Below the pieces are notes generated by a model. The model worked only from the letters and a program-made list of their open reading frames with translations, was not told the DNA's origin and did not search any database. A stretch of 64,000 nt of DNA, taken from NCBI GenBank assembly GCA_051418015.1, contig JBPRGF010000003.1:128001-192000 (forward strand), in the 5' to 3' direction. Source of the DNA: Candidatus Nitrospinota bacterium M3_3B_026 (lineage in GTDB: Bacteria > Nitrospinota_A > UBA7883 > JBPRGF01). Positions 63,890-64,000 of this stretch are shown here, piece after piece (positions within the stretch are counted from its first letter, which is position 1; each line of letters starts with the position of its first letter). Position numbers and translations under genes: made by a program.

Positions 63890-64000
63890 GGCCGTGTCCT
63901 CATGGTCGATGCTATATTAAATTTTAATGGACGAAAAGCTTTCGAAAGTCAACTTTCTTTGCCAGTACCTGTCCTCCTCCCGCTCCGAGGAGCAGGTCCT

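Noticed and set aside
63915..64000. 3' end of a gene upstream of clpS
   Set aside because: Two short open frames are possible, with too little sequence to choose between them or assign a product.

Overview
This is a GC-rich bacterial chromosomal window made mostly of core genes; a Nitrospinota/deltaproteobacteria-like origin is a tentative inference from gene content and order. In order it contains: (1) a cobalamin-riboswitch-led cobB/cbiA-cobH/cbiC-cbiX-cbtB operon; (2) an outer-membrane-type protein, yihA, a DUF1015 protein and a FimV/LysM/SPOR protein; (3) a pyr operon with a PyrR-binding leader (pyrR-pyrB-pyrC-carA-[insert]-carB-transglutaminase-pyrK-pyrD); (4) an HtrA protease, a lipase, rubrerythrin, an NSS transporter with a small subunit and a YeeE transporter; (5) tig-clpP-clpX, tRNA-Leu and tRNA-Ser, then aroE-pilT-nrnA; (6) a minor pilin/PilY1 cluster; (7) a stand-alone dnaN, greA, serA and alaC-hom-apgM-lysC-cimA; (8) two GT-C glycosyltransferases and clpS. 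Three things stand out. First, a 2.3 kb integrase-free insert between carA and carB holds a TA pair bracketed by a 50-bp duplication of the carA 3' end, a DUF559 nuclease enclosed by inverted REP-like hairpins (with 'empty' versions of the same pair nearby), and Mrr. Second, an operon of two tiny hydrophobic peptides, absent from the ORF track, follows a perfect sigma54 promoter. Third, the PilY1 carries a phage-like inserted domain. All family calls come from motif recognition by eye; no searches were run.
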